Of a stretch of DNA of 64,000 bases, positions 1-11,977 are shown piece after piece. The number at the start of each line of letters is the position of its first letter. The stretch's first letter is position 1. The stretch covers positions 114,888,001 to 114,952,000 of the forward strand of contig NC_058368.1 in NCBI RefSeq assembly GCF_018350175.1. Direction: 5' to 3'. The notes under the pieces were generated by a model. It had not been told where the DNA came from, ran no database searches, and saw nothing but the letters and a program-made list of their open reading frames with translations. The position numbers were made by a program, and so were the translations under genes. This stretch comes from Felis catus. Lineage: Eukaryota.

Positions 1-119
1 ATAAGACACTGCCTTTACCTAACTACAGTATCACATGAGAAATTCTATGTCACAGGAGAAATTTTACATTGATATAGTAACATAATTCCATTTAAAGAGA
101 GGTCCAAAAATCTTGTTGG

Positions 120-220
120 TTCTCCCTGGGAACTTAGGAACTTGGGAGAAATGCAGACTCTTACATCCTACCCTAGACCTACTAAATCACAATTTGCCTT
201 TTAGTAAGATTCCCAGAAGT
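120..220. mobile_element. MER5A-like hAT-Charlie MITE fragment
   Basis: ctgggaact...agaaatgcagactc...ccctagacctactaaatcac...aagattccc resembles the MER5A1 core. Confidence 0.55.
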
Positions 221-618
221 ACTTACTGATCTCATGGTATAGTCCATAGTCCTATTAAATTCAAACAGTTGTCCCAGTGATGTTTTTTATGTTTTTTATG
301 GTTTTTTTTTTTTTTTTAATGCAGGAATCAATAAAAGGTCACATACTGCATTTAGTTGTCATGTCTCTGTAAAGTATTTCTGTCTCCCTCGTCAAATTGG
401 CACTTTGGAAGAGTTTAGGCCCGTTTTGTAGATGCTCTACGGTTTGGATTGGTCTGATTGTTTTAATTTTTGGCAGTACTATGTATGTGATGATGTATCT
501 TTCTGAGGGCATCTCAACAATTGTCACATTGTTCTGGTGGTGATGCCAAGTTTAAACACGTGATTAATTAGCATCTGCCAGATTTCTCCCTTGTAAAGAT
601 CCCTATTTCCTTTTGTAC

Positions 619-1183
619 TGTTGGGGAGGAAGAATTTCCTTTACCCTTAAGATCCTTCTAGCTGGACTAAGAACCAAATAGATTAGACTGATTAATAGGA
701 GAAAATCGAATTTAATAATGCACGTAAGGTGGGGCACCTGGGTGGCTCAGTTGGAAGACCATGCAACTCTTGATACCGGGTTTGTGAGTTCAAGCCCCAT
801 GTTGGGTGTAGAGATTACTTAAAAATAAAATAATAAAAAAAAAGTGTATGCAAGGGGAATCTAAGCAAACGTGGAAATTCCAAAGACAGGCAACAAAATG
901 CTTATATGAGCTAAGGAGAAAGATAGGGGCCTAAGGATATGAAGGAGAGAAAGACCATTAGAAGGAAGGTGAAAGGAGACATTTGGAAAACAAAGGTTGC
1001 CCTATTAGTAGATAATTTTCTTAGGTAAAGATAATTTGTTAATAGCTGTCTTCCTAATACAAGCAGGCAGTTGAGGGGGAGGTAGAGAGCTTTTACTGAA
1101 TCTGCTGGGTTTTGATTGCTTTTAACTCAAAATGTTCATGCCAAAGTGGCCCATTTGGAGGAGGCCTGCCCCTGGTCCTCACA
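619..1183 (-). mobile_element. ERV1-class solo LTR (MER34-like)
   Basis: TG...CA termini with 4-bp TSD gtac (615-618 and 1184-1187); minus strand has ccactttggcat...attttgagttaaagca typical of MER34-group LTRs. Confidence 0.7.
731..843 (+). mobile_element. Short Can-SINE (SINEC_Fc3-like) inserted in the LTR
   Basis: ggggcacctgggtggctcag A-box head, gtgagttcaagcc B-box, gggtgtagagattactt then A-tail. Confidence 0.85.
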
Positions 1184-1239
1184 GTACTTAATAATTAATT
1201 GCTGTGATGATCTGATAGGGAATTCTTTAAGAAAAAAAA

Positions 1240-1654
1240 AATTTTAATGTTTATTTATTTTTGAGAGGGAGAGAGAACAAGCAGGGGAGGGGCAGAGAGA
1301 AAGGAAGACATAGGATCCGAAGCAGGTTCTGTGCTGACAGCAGAGAGCCTGATGTGGGGCTCAGACTCACAAACCTTGAGATCATGACCTGAGCTGAGTT
1401 GGCCACTTAACCAACTGAGCCACCCAGGTGCCCCTTTTTAATTTTTTTTTTTAATGTTTATTTATTTTTGAGAGAGAGGGAGACACATGGAGCGTGAGCA
1501 GGGGAGGGGCAGAGAGAGAGGGAGACAGAATTTGAAGCAGGCTCAAGGCTCTGAGCTAGCAGCACAGAGCTGAATATGGGGCCCAAACTCACAAACCCTG
1601 AGATCATGACCTGAACCAAAGAAGCTTAACCAACTGAGCCACCCAGGTGCCCCT
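1240..1654 (-). mobile_element. Two tandem Can-SINEs (about 1240-1434 and 1440-1654)
   Basis: Two T-rich tails, (GA)n segments and ctgagccacccaggtgcccc heads. Confidence 0.9.
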
Positions 1655-2820
1655 AAAAGGGATTTCTAATTAGTCTTTTTGTCCCTTGCACGTAGCAGGA
1701 TCCTAAGATGTGGTAAATGGTCAGTGAATGGCAAAATAGATTATCACTAATGACAAAATTAGTTTCATCAGTATTAGAGACAATTCTTATTTTCACATTC
1801 AGTCTGGGTAACTTCCTAGACTCATTCCAAGTTCAGGCATCTTTTCTCCTGGCTCTCCAAGAGCACAGTCCTCTTCCTGTGGGCTTCTCAGCTGTGTGAA
1901 AAATTTCTCTGCCTTTTAGTCTCATTGTTCTAAAACAAAAACCTCTTTTCCCTTTTGTCTCTCATTTCTTTTGTGTGAGTCCAGATGCTGGTTTCATCTT
2001 ACTTGCTTTTTTGACCAGAGTCATTCCAGTTTCTTATGAAAACAGGGACTTCCTGTGCGTCTATAATCAGTTGTCTGTTACAGTGGCTTAGTGAAGCTTT
2101 CTGAGGAACACTCTTCTGTTGTTCATGGTCTCAGCCATATGGGGTAGAAGGTGAATACAGGAATAGAGATATTCAGTTCATACTGTATAAACACTCACTT
2201 CAGCAGCTTTGGAGCTTTTTGTTTTTTCCTTCCCTTGATCTTATGTGTTTTCTTGTTGTGTGTTCCAGACACATAGGCCTTCTCTTTCTCTAAGTCCCAG
2301 GAGATGTACTTTGTTACCTCAGCCTGAACGCTTTTCCCCCAGAAACTTACTTGCCTGACTCTTCCCTTGACTTTCAAATTTCATTTAAAAAGTTATCAAG
2401 ATAGAAAGGCCCTTGAAGGACCCCATCTAATTCCATTACCATTGTCCTGGTTAATTTTCTTCCTAACACTAATATAGTCTAGTTTACTTATTTATCCTAT
2501 TACTATAATGTTGTTTCATGAAGGCAGGGTTTTTTGGTTTTGTACCATGCTGTTAGGAATAGTGCATACATGGAGAAAGAACTCAAATATGTGCTGTTGG
2601 AGTTGCTGAATGGTTGACTGAATATTGTTTTTTTAGTTTTACCTTTTATCCTTTGCTTAGTGCTTTTGCTAATCATTGTGTCTCCTGATGATTGTGGAAT
2701 GACAGTGTTTTCATTCAGCTGTTCTTGTGTTTCCTTACTGTTTTTGGTGCTCTCAAGAAAACAAGAAAAGGAACATAATAAGTGATTAAAAGTTTTATTA
2801 CAAAAATAATTATAATTTTT

Positions 2821-3047
2821 TTAACGTTTTTTTAAATTTTTTTTTATTTGTTTTTTATTTTTGAGACAGAGAGAGACAGAGCATGAACGGGGGAGGGGCA
2901 GAGAGAGAGGGAGACACAGAATCGGAAGCAGGCTCCAGGCTCTGAGCCATCAGCCCAGAGCCCGACGCGGGGCTCGAACTCACGGACCTCGAGATCGTGA
3001 CCTGGCTGAAGTCGGACACTTAACCGACTGCGCCACCCAGGCGTCCC
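2821..3047 (-). mobile_element. Young feline SINEC_Fc
   Basis: CpG-rich, near-consensus body; TSD attataattttt (2809-2820 / 3049-3060). Confidence 0.95.
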
Positions 3048-3202
3048 GATTATAATTTTTATAAAATAATCATTATCATCAAAATCGTTAAAAATTAATA
3101 AATATCTAGCCAAGTGTCCTTTTTCTCATAGATTTGTATACCTGAAAGGAAAGGGACAGCTTCTACTATGTGCCATTTAAGTGCCTGATATAAAATGTAT
3201 TT

Positions 3203-3418
3203 GGGGGGCGCCTGGGTGGCACAGTCGGTTGAGCGTCTGACTTCAGCCAGGTCACCATCTCGCGGTCCGGGAGTTCGAGCCCCGCGTCGGGCTCTGGGCT
3301 GATGGCTCAGAGCCTGGAGCCTGTTTCCGATTCTGTGTCTCCCTCTCTCTCTGCCCCTCCCCCGTTCATGCTCTGTCTCTCTCTGTCCCAAAAATAAATA
3401 AAGTTAAAAAAAAAAGTT
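3203..3418 (+). mobile_element. Young feline SINEC_Fc
   Basis: Near-consensus body; TSD taaaatgtatttggg (3191-3205 / 3419-3433). Confidence 0.95.
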
Positions 3419-3495
3419 TAAAATGTATTTGGGTATGATGATCACATAGAAATCATTGTTTAATGTAATGCAGTAGATGGGAGACTTTTTACTCT

Positions 3496-3727
3496 TTTTT
3501 TTAATTAAAAAAAAATTTTTTTTAACTTTTATTTTTGAGAGAGCGAGTGAGCATGCACGCAGGGGAGGGGCAGAGAGAGAGACACACACACAGAATCCGA
3601 AGCAGACCCTAGGCTCTGAGCTGTCAGCACAGAGCCCCCCCCCCACCTGGGGCTTGACCTCACAGACCATGAGATCGTGACCTGAGCTGAAGTCGGAAGT
3701 CCCACCGACTGAGCCACCCAAGCACCC
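3496..3727 (-). mobile_element. Can-SINE
   Basis: 18-bp TSD tgggagactttttactct (3478-3495 / 3728-3745). Confidence 0.92.
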
Positions 3728-3761
3728 TGGGAGACTTTTTACTCTGATGATGTTTTGGCTC

Positions 3762-4093
3762 TTATTTATTTATTTAGTTAGTTATTTAGTCATTAATTTT
3801 TACATTTATGAGAGAGAGACAAAGTGAGCAGGGGAGAGGCAGAGAGAGAGAGGGAGAGAGAGGATCCCAAAGCAGGCTCTGCACCATCAGCAGTGCAGAG
3901 CCCCTTGAGGGGCTTGAACTCACCATGAAATCTTGACCTGAGCTGAAATCAAGAGTTGCTTGCTTAACTGACTGAGCCAGGCACGTGCCCCTATTTATTT
4001 GTTTGTTTGTTTGTTTGTTTATTTATTTAGTTAGTTATTTAATTTATAAAGTTTATTTACTTAGCTGAAACCAAGACTTGGGATGCTTAACCC
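3762..4093 (-). mobile_element. Can-SINE (about 3762-3991) plus an adjacent internally deleted SINE fragment (about 3992-4093)
   Basis: Two SINE heads (ctgagccaggcacgtgcccc; ctgagccactaaggcacccc) and TTTA/TTTG tails. Confidence 0.8.
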
Positions 4094-5348
4094 ACTGAGC
4101 CACTAAGGCACCCCTGTGTTTTCATACCTCTTATTTTCTTATCCCTTCTTCTTCCTTCTGCCTCTATTCCCATCCTGTTTACATTTGAGAAGAAAGTGAC
4201 AGGCTTGGTGGGAGGGAATTTAGTAAAATTGGCATATGTCAGAGTGAGTCTTAATTATAAGGGTTACCTTGTGGGGTTTTTTTTTTTTTTTTTTGACACT
4301 TACTGGAAGATTGGAGAGTTGAGATTCCAACATCGTGTTAATAACTCTGTTTAATGCAGATGCAACTTGGCTTCCCTGTTACTGCATTGAGGAATCCACA
4401 ATCCTATATCTTGTGCAATGTGACAGTTAACCATTACTGTGGGTACTTTTAATTTTAAAATTTCCTGATTTGCATTTAAATGAATCATCCTAACATTGCA
4501 TCAATGTAACCTTGCTGGTAAAAAAAAAAATGGCACGGAGTAGCATGGTAAGGATATTCTAAAGCCTTGGATTGGACAGGTTTTAAGAATGATGTGGCCA
4601 TTCTGTTGTAAATGAACATTTAATGTCTTTAGAGAAGGTATGTAAGCTCTTCTCACCAATGAGGCAGTTTGCCAACAATCAGCCTCCTTGGTTCTGATGG
4701 AACTATCCTTTTATTTTCTGCTCATTGCTTCTTCATTCCTCTTTCTATCATAAAGATTGCTAGTCGTACGCCTACATCTCTACCCCTTTCTGAATTTATA
4801 GCGAACTTTTGCGTAATAGCCAGGATTGCTATTTATAAGGTAATGAAGACTGAATAACTACAGTTTAACTTTTTATTTAGTTCCACTAAGCATGATCCCT
4901 CCTGGAAAAACCTAAGGTTGCTGTAATTCATTAAGGTTGGCTAGCTCTAGTAGGTTTTGTAATAGATCTTGTGAAGGAGTGCTCTGTAAGTTAATTGGAA
5001 AACTAGAAACTGCCAACAGTTTAAAAGTTATTTGTTTAGCTACTCTAAATAATACCATTAGTTGTAGAGAAGCAGAAGATACGACAAAGATTAAGGCAGG
5101 AGCTTTGTCTTGGTAGGCTTGTAAATATTTTAAAATCAGTTTGCATAAATTCATTTCAACTAATACTGTGTCTGCTCTGCATAAAGCAGCTTGCCAGCAA
5201 CTTAGGAGATATAAAGAAGCATAAGCATAGTTATCATCCTTAAACTTAAAATATAGCTAGGAAAGCCATAGGTTAAACTTGGGAAAAATTAATTACATTT
5301 AATAAAATAATTCACAAGCTGTTGAGAGAATGCAAATGAAACAAATAC

Positions 5349-5495
5349 TAGAATTTCAGTGCTGGAAGGACTTGGAGCCTGGGATTCAACCCCCTTTATT
5401 TTATAGGTGAGAAAACTGAGGAGCCAGTAAGGTAACTGGACTTGCCCAAGTCAGAGAGTAAGTTAGTGACAAAGCTAGTACCAGAAGCCATGTTC
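5349..5495 (-). mobile_element. MIR SINE fragment
   Basis: Core attttataggtgagaaaactgagg...gacttgcccaagtca. Confidence 0.7.
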
Positions 5496-6379
5496 TTTCC
5501 AGAGAACATATTCTCATTAGATTTAAATGCTCTACTTGTACTTTCTGAAATCCTTTTTGGGTTGGGGTCACCAGAAGCATAACTTGGCTCTGTAGTATAG
5601 TTTAATAATGTTCGTCATCACTTTTGGCAGGGTCTTTGATTAAAGGTGCTGCACAAGGCACTCTGCTTCCATCATGGTTATTGAAAGACTTGAAAACACC
5701 CTGAATGGGTTCTCAATTTTCAAGTGTCAGTATATTTCAAGTTTTTCAATGTGAGTGAGTGATTGAGTCCTTTACGTTAACAGTTTTAGCAGCCAGAGTC
5801 TGGTGAATTTTTATCGGGAGGTTGGAGACCTCCTCAGAGACATTACTTAATAGAAAGTGGAGTTCTGGAATATAGAACTGGAAGGGACTTCAGGGGAGAA
5901 TCTTGTTCACTGTTTGCAAAGTCTGGACCAACAGAGCAAGCATACTACTAAGACATGTTTGTCTCACACTGTGGCAAAATATTTTTGAGTGAGTTGCTGA
6001 CACTAAACTTGTGAGACTTCACATAAATATGTGCATCTCTGGGTCTTTTGAAAAAATTCATATGATCTGCCAACCCTACATCTGCGTGATAGATAAAGAG
6101 TGCCTGGATTTACCTCTCCTGGCTTCTACTGGTGGTCTCCTGGAGAGGTCAGGTATCTTTTGCAATTTATTATTGTGCTTATACTCTACCTTTTTTTCAA
6201 GTTAAGAAGAAAGTGGAATTATTTTGTATCCCAAAGTATCAAAATTAGAAACAGAAAAGACCAAGAGGGCTTTTTTTTTTTTTGAGAATGTTTTTATTAC
6301 TAACGAGTGTGCAGATTTTTGGGGTACTCTTGTTTTTTCTCTAAGCTAAAGCTAGCTCTTTTCATGTGTCAGAGAAGCC

Positions 6380-6381
<2 letters not shown>

Positions 6382-6428
<47 letters not shown>
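6382..6428 (+). repeat. (TG)n microsatellite, about 23 units
   Basis: Uninterrupted GT run. Confidence 0.97.
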
Positions 6429-6431
<3 letters not shown>

Positions 6432-6771
6432 TCCTGACTTGGTCGGTCTGAACTTCACAGGCTTACCTTGGGCAGCTTCCTCTTTGTGGTTTCTCTGGAA
6501 CAGCCTTCCTTCTCTTTGGCAACTTCCTGGTGGCCTGAGACCCTCTTTCTCAGCTGAGGGCTCTCATCTTGGTCCCCTCTTTTGCTCATGAAGGCCCGAG
6601 TTGTGGATTCTAAAGCTTTAGGAGTGCATTGGTGCTGTTTGGACCTTGATTTGCTGGTTTTCAAAAGTTACCAAGTCCTCAGGCCTAGTGGCTTTCCCCA
6701 GTAGGGGTTTGACTAATTGCCCTTCCCTGGGTGCCTTCTTTTCAAGACTTTTTATTTCAAGAAAAAATGGA

Positions 6772-6992
6772 GGGGGTGCCTGGGTGACTCAGTCAGTTAA
6801 GTGTCCAGCTTTGGCTCAGGTCATGATCTCGAGGTTCACCAGTTCAAGCCCCGCGCTGCACTCTCTGCTGACAGCTCAGAGCCTGGAGTCTACTTTGAAT
6901 TCTGTTTCTCCCTTTCTCTCTCCTTCTCCCCTGCTCTCTCTCAAAAATAAATAAACATTAAACAATTAAAATATATATATAACGTTAAAAAC
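6772..6992 (+). mobile_element. Can-SINE
   Basis: gggggtgcctgggtgactcag head, CT-rich region, AATAAA tail; TSD-like aaaaaatgg. Confidence 0.9.
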
Positions 6993-7754
6993 AAAAAAAT
7001 GGGGCCGTTTATTTCTTTGGGAAAGTGAATTGTTATATTGTTGTACTTGTTTAATAATTAAAACACAAATGTGACCACCTGTCTACTTGAAAACTAGCTT
7101 CACTTAACTTACCTCTTGGCACCTTCCCTGTATTACCCTTACCCTTGAAAGGTTTTCTGTTTCATTGGTGTTGTTGCAGTGTCTGTGGAATGCTAGGATA
7201 CAGGAATGCAGAGTCTACGGGGCAAATCATTCTTTCTGAAATGTCTTATCTGTGACATTTGATGACATTTGCTTTAGCTGTTGTCAGCCCTTTAGCAATC
7301 TAAAGCACTCCATCTCCTAAGGTTTACTGACTTGGGCTGATCAGTTTTGTGGGCAGATAACCTTTAAAAACCAAAGTGTAGGCCTGACATAATATAAGTG
7401 TGTAGAGCAAATTTGCCCACTTGCATTGAAACAAATTTCCTGGAAACTGGCGTTCTGTGTTACCAGATTAAGCAAATCCAGATTCCTTCTGGCATCCAAT
7501 CTCCAGTGATTCTAAGATGTTTTGATGCTTATATAAATCTGTGAAATGTTAGATGATGCTTGCATTAATGTTTTCAAAAATTTCTAAAATGTCTACCGGT
7601 TGTGCCTCAAGCATGCATTTATGGGAGAGGACACAAACATTTTTATATTAAAGTTGTCAAGAGTGGGCTTGTCACAGACAGGTGCAGTTCTGTCTTGTCC
7701 TGGTCATCATTTTAATGTATAGAATTTCGGTGTTGATGTTGCTTTCCGTAGAGT

Positions 7755-7858
7755 CTAGAACTGCGCTGTCTGATGAGGTAGTCACTAGTGGTTGTTTGAA
7801 TTAATTAAAATGAAATGAAATTAAATCAATTCCTCAGCCACAGTAGCCACATTTCAAG
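7755..7858. mobile_element. MER3 hAT-Charlie MITE fragment
   Basis: ctgcgctgtc...gtagtcactag...aattaattaaaat...ttcctcagccacagtagccacatttcaag. Confidence 0.7.
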
Positions 7859-7861
7859 AGA

Positions 7862-8082
7862 TCCTTCTCCCTCTTCTCTCTGTCTTCCTCTCTTATCCTT
7901 TCCTACTTCTCTCCTCTCCTCTCACCTCACCTTCTTCCCCTTCCCTTCCTCTCTACTCCTCCCTTCTCCCCTCTACTCCTACCCCTCCCTCTGTTTCCAT
8001 CTCTTCCTTCATTTCTCTCTTCCTTGTGTCTCCTCTTTCTTCTTTCTTCCTTCTTCCCATTCTCCCACTTTCCATTCCTCTC
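7862..8082 (+). repeat. Polypyrimidine (CT-rich) low-complexity tract
   Basis: About 220 nt almost entirely C/T. Confidence 0.9.
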
Positions 8083-8099
8083 TATGTATGTAACTTATA

Positions 8100-8915
8100 T
8101 TTAGTGTGTTATATTTTTCTGAACCAAGTGAGATGAGAGTAAGTTGTAGACATCATGCCCATTATATGTAACAAGGACATAACTACAGTATAATTGATGA
8201 AAATATGAAAATTTGACACTGATACACTATTACCTAATTTAGAACTTACTCAGATTTTATCATTTGTCTCAATTTTTTTTTCCTTCAAGTACATTTTCAT
8301 TCCAGAGTTACTACATTTAGTTGTCATGTCTCTTTAGCCGCCTTTAACCTGGAAGAATTTCTCAGTCTATCTTTGTTTTTTCTGACCATGACATTTTTGA
8401 AGACTGTAGCCAATTAATTTGTAGAGTATCCCTCACTTTGAGTTTGATGTTTCCTCATGACAAGATTGGGGCTAGTTTTGCTAGGAAGGAAATAGCAAAG
8501 TAATGTGTCCTTCTTTAGTGCATTCTGTCAGGAGGTATATGTTGTCAATTTGTCCTATTGGAGATGTTGATTTTGATCACTTGGTTAGGTGGTATCTGCC
8601 AGGTTTTTCCATTTTATAGTTACTCTATCCCTCTCTCCCTTTGTGATCAGTAAATAATCTGTTGGGAATTAGCGTGAGACTATGTAAATATTCAATTTCT
8701 TAGAAAACTTTCAGCCACTTGGTTTAGCATTCTCTGATGATTCTTCCCTGAATCAATTATTATGATGATGGTTTGTAAATGGTGATTTTTTTCTGAATAA
8801 ATTATTTCTTCTACATTTATTAGTTTCTTATTGTATGGAAGAACTTTTCCTTCTCCTTTATTCATATTAACCTGGTCTCTCAGATTCTAATTTTATTGAG
8901 TGGATCATAATCTGT
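8100..8915 (-). mobile_element. Old L1MC-like 3' fragment
   Basis: aagttgtagacatcatgcc, catttagttgtcatgtctctttag and ttttgatcacttggttaggtggtatctgccagg motifs. Confidence 0.65.
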
Positions 8916-10327
8916 TTAATCTTCACAAAAAATTCTCTGAAGGTAATGATTGTCTTATTTTACAAATGAGGAAGGAAGTTCAAAGTGGTTAAGTGATAAT
9001 CAAATATACCTCTTGATGGTATTGTCCTTGCATAAAGATGTAAAGATTACAAAATAAAGATTCTGCTTTTTTTTTTATTATAAAAGTAGCTTTTTAAAAT
9101 GCCTGTATAATTTTAGTATCAGAAAATACAGTTAAGCACAGAGTGTGTTAAAACTACCCATTATCCCCAACTCTTAGAGATAACACCATTGTTAATATTT
9201 TGGTTTATATATCTAGATATTTTTATTCCTTTCTGCAGTTATACATTACATAGTTTTGAAATCTCTTTATCATCTTCAATCATATATATTTTGAACATTT
9301 TCTCATAAACTTCTGTAACATTTCCCCCATTTTTTTTAGATGAGAAATTTCAGGTGTACAAAGATGCTAAACTAATAAATCTGAAAACACCTATCCTCTA
9401 CCTAGGTTTAATAGTTATGAGTGTCTTTTCATAATTCCTTGATCTCTCTATGTATATATTTTAACTTTTGCTGAACTATTTGAAAGTTGCAGACATCTTT
9501 ATATTTCACCCCCTAAATATTGTAGCATGCATCTCCTAGAAAGTCAGTTTTCTACAGAGCTACAGTTTCATTATCATACCTGTGAAATTGAGGAGTAATT
9601 CTGTAATAACATCTAATATTTAATAAGTGTTAAACATTTACCACTTTCCTTACAAATGTCTTAATAGCTGCTTGTTTCAAACTGTTGTCCAGACAGGGTA
9701 CATGTATTGCATGAGATTCTTATGTCTCTTGAATCTATTTGTCTAGAATAGTCTTCTCACCTTCTCCCTCCAAGTACTGACTTTCTGAAGAATTAAGGGC
9801 CTTTTATCTTATAAAATACGCTACATTCTGAATTCATTTGTTTTCTTATGGTGTTGCTTAATATGCTTCTGTATCCCCTAGAAACTTGTTTCTTGTGAAC
9901 TTGAAATAGGATAGATTAGGGTTTTTTAACCTGCAGTGCATTTGGATTGGAAAAATTTTGTCTTTGTTTTCACTATTAACAGGAATTTAACATTTCCTTC
10001 TGTTATTAATGTAGATAACAAACTACTTTTCATTTGAACCTGTAACTTTATCACCAGTAGGAATCTCAGTGCTTTTCATATCTGTAGTAATTATAACATG
10101 ATACCATGAAAACAAGTGCATGTTCATTATTACTTTGAAGTAGTCATCAGACTTCTTGCCAGGTTTTATTTAATGTTAATAAAGAAGCACATATATTACT
10201 GTTTCATTCATTTGTTTGTAAAGTATCTTGATAACCAAATTTCAGTACATATGTTTCCTTTGTAATCCTTTGAATTGTGTTTTAGGCATTTGAAAAAACA
10301 TTCTAAGAAAGGGCCTTTTAGTTGAAC

Positions 10328-10818
10328 TATCTAATACAGAATCCAATACTAGCTACAGGTGGCTCTTGAACAGGTGAAGTGTGTCTTGTTTGACTTTAAG
10401 TGTGCCCTGATTGTAAAACACATCCCATATTTGGCCACTTAGTACTTATGTAAAATATAACTTAAAAAATACTGAATATATGCTGAAATATTTTTTGGGA
10501 TATATTGTGTATAGTCATTTCTTTTTAGGCCCCCCCTTTTTTTTTTATTTTAGAGAGCGAGAGTGGGGGAGAGGGGCAGAGGGAGAGAGGGAGGAGAAGA
10601 GAGAGAGAAAATCCCAAGCAGGCTTCACATTCAGCACGGAACCTGATGCGGGGCTCCATCCCACAACCCTGGAATCATGACCTGAGCTGAAATCAAGACT
10701 CGGCTGCTCAACTGACTGAGCCATCCAGGCACCCCTCTTTTTAGTCTTTTAATATTGTTACTAAAAAATTGAATATTACCTGGTGGCTTACATTGTTTTT
10801 CTATTGGATAACGTTGGT
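10328..10818 (-). mobile_element. MER33 hAT MITE, interrupted by a Can-SINE
   Basis: actagctacaggtggctcttgaac...gtaaaacacatcc... and ...gtggcttacattgtttttctattggataacg match MER33 ends. Confidence 0.65.
10530..10735 (-). mobile_element. Can-SINE
   Basis: T tail, GA-rich segment, head ctgagccatccaggcacccc. Confidence 0.9.
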
Positions 10819-11977
10819 CTTTAGGTTTTACTAGACTGCTAGAAGGTTTGATGGCATTGAAAAAGGTTTTGAGTTCTTACACAGAGGCTTCATTAGACTC
10901 TGGTTAAACATTTTTGCAGTCACACTGCAGCTCAGTCACACTGAGGCTCTTGAGAAACATTTAAAGCTTTTTTTTTTTTTTTTTCATCAAGAGTACTTAA
11001 TAGGTAATACAGAATACTTTAAACATCTTCATATTGGGAAGCATATAATATTAAGTGTTTCATTATCAACGATGCTAAGTTTAGTTATTTGTTTAAGAGG
11101 GTGCCCATTAGATCTCAAATTTGTAAAGGTATGTCTTGGCCCCTTGTAATTGGTAACCTGTTAAGTTATACTTTGGCACCTTACAAGTATCCTGTTCCCC
11201 CAGTAGCCTTTCACTTAATGGTGTTAATATCCATTGATAATCTTTGCCTGAATCAGTTACTACATTGGGGTTTGCAAAATGGTCATTTTCTAATTCTATT
11301 CTACCTTCATGGTAAAGAAATTCCCTCGCCACTGTCTTTTTCTTAAGAGGATCTTTATGGTCATAGGATATCTTTTTATGTACCTTCCTTTCTGCCTATC
11401 AGTCAGGCAGTTGTAGTCATTATATTTTTTGATACTCAACTTGTCAGAACTTTGCCAGTGGAACCTTTGTTTCCTCTGTGTTTTGATAGGTGAGTCTTTG
11501 TACCCTTCTTTGCTTTCTGCAGAATAGGGATAACTCAGAGCTGGAGTAACTTCCCTCCCTGCTTTTTTTGGAGGAGTCTTGGTTCCCTTTAATGGAAAGT
11601 GGCATTTAATAGAAATAAAGACCTGAGCAGCGAGAACAGTGTTTTTGTTTTTTTCCCTCTAAATTTTGTAAACATTGTTTTTAAGAGTGGTACAGTATTG
11701 TGTGATTGGTTGTGTGCTTTATTCAGGGATCTCTTTGAAACTTGTGCTTTATTATGATTGTATGCAGTGCAGTTGTGAACATCATTGTATCCAGCTTTTT
11801 CCATGCACCTTAACTTTTTCTTTAGAATAAAATTCGGGAAATGGAATTTCTGGATCATAAAACACCCTCTTCTAGGGTTTTAAATATCTGTCAAGTTGGT
11901 TGTCTGAAAGTTTGTGTTTGTGTTTACCTCAGTTATGTACCTCACCTTTTTTCCTTTTGTCTTTAAGGCACTACTTA

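Larger units (their letters stand above)
225..1215 (-). mobile_element. Old L1M (L1MC-like) 3' region fragment, interrupted by a solo LTR
   Basis: Motifs gcatttagttgtcatgtctct and atctgccagatttctcccttgtaaag, also seen in the related fragment at 8100-8915. Confidence 0.55.
9917..10878. mobile_element. hAT-Charlie-like DNA transposon relic, interrupted by MER33
   Basis: Starts tagggttttttaacctg; internal ttatttaatgttaataaagaagcacatatattac; resumes after MER33 with actagactgctagaagg...aaaaaggtt. Confidence 0.55.
9330..11620 (-). mobile_element. Old L1M fragment split by nested insertions (about 9330-9915 and 10880-11620)
   Basis: L1MC/ME-type motifs either side of the nest; sequence resumes with agaggcttcattagactctggttaaacattttt. 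Confidence 0.55.

Noticed and set aside
731..810. tRNA-Lys-like A/B boxes in SINE heads
   Set aside because: They are part of tRNA-derived SINEs with tails and TSDs; no intact tRNA gene
2844..3721. Recurring ORFs such as MGQRETEHERGRGRERGRHRI... (also 13784, 28694) and MAQSV...AQVMIS...
   Set aside because: They are translations of Can-SINE bodies, not genes
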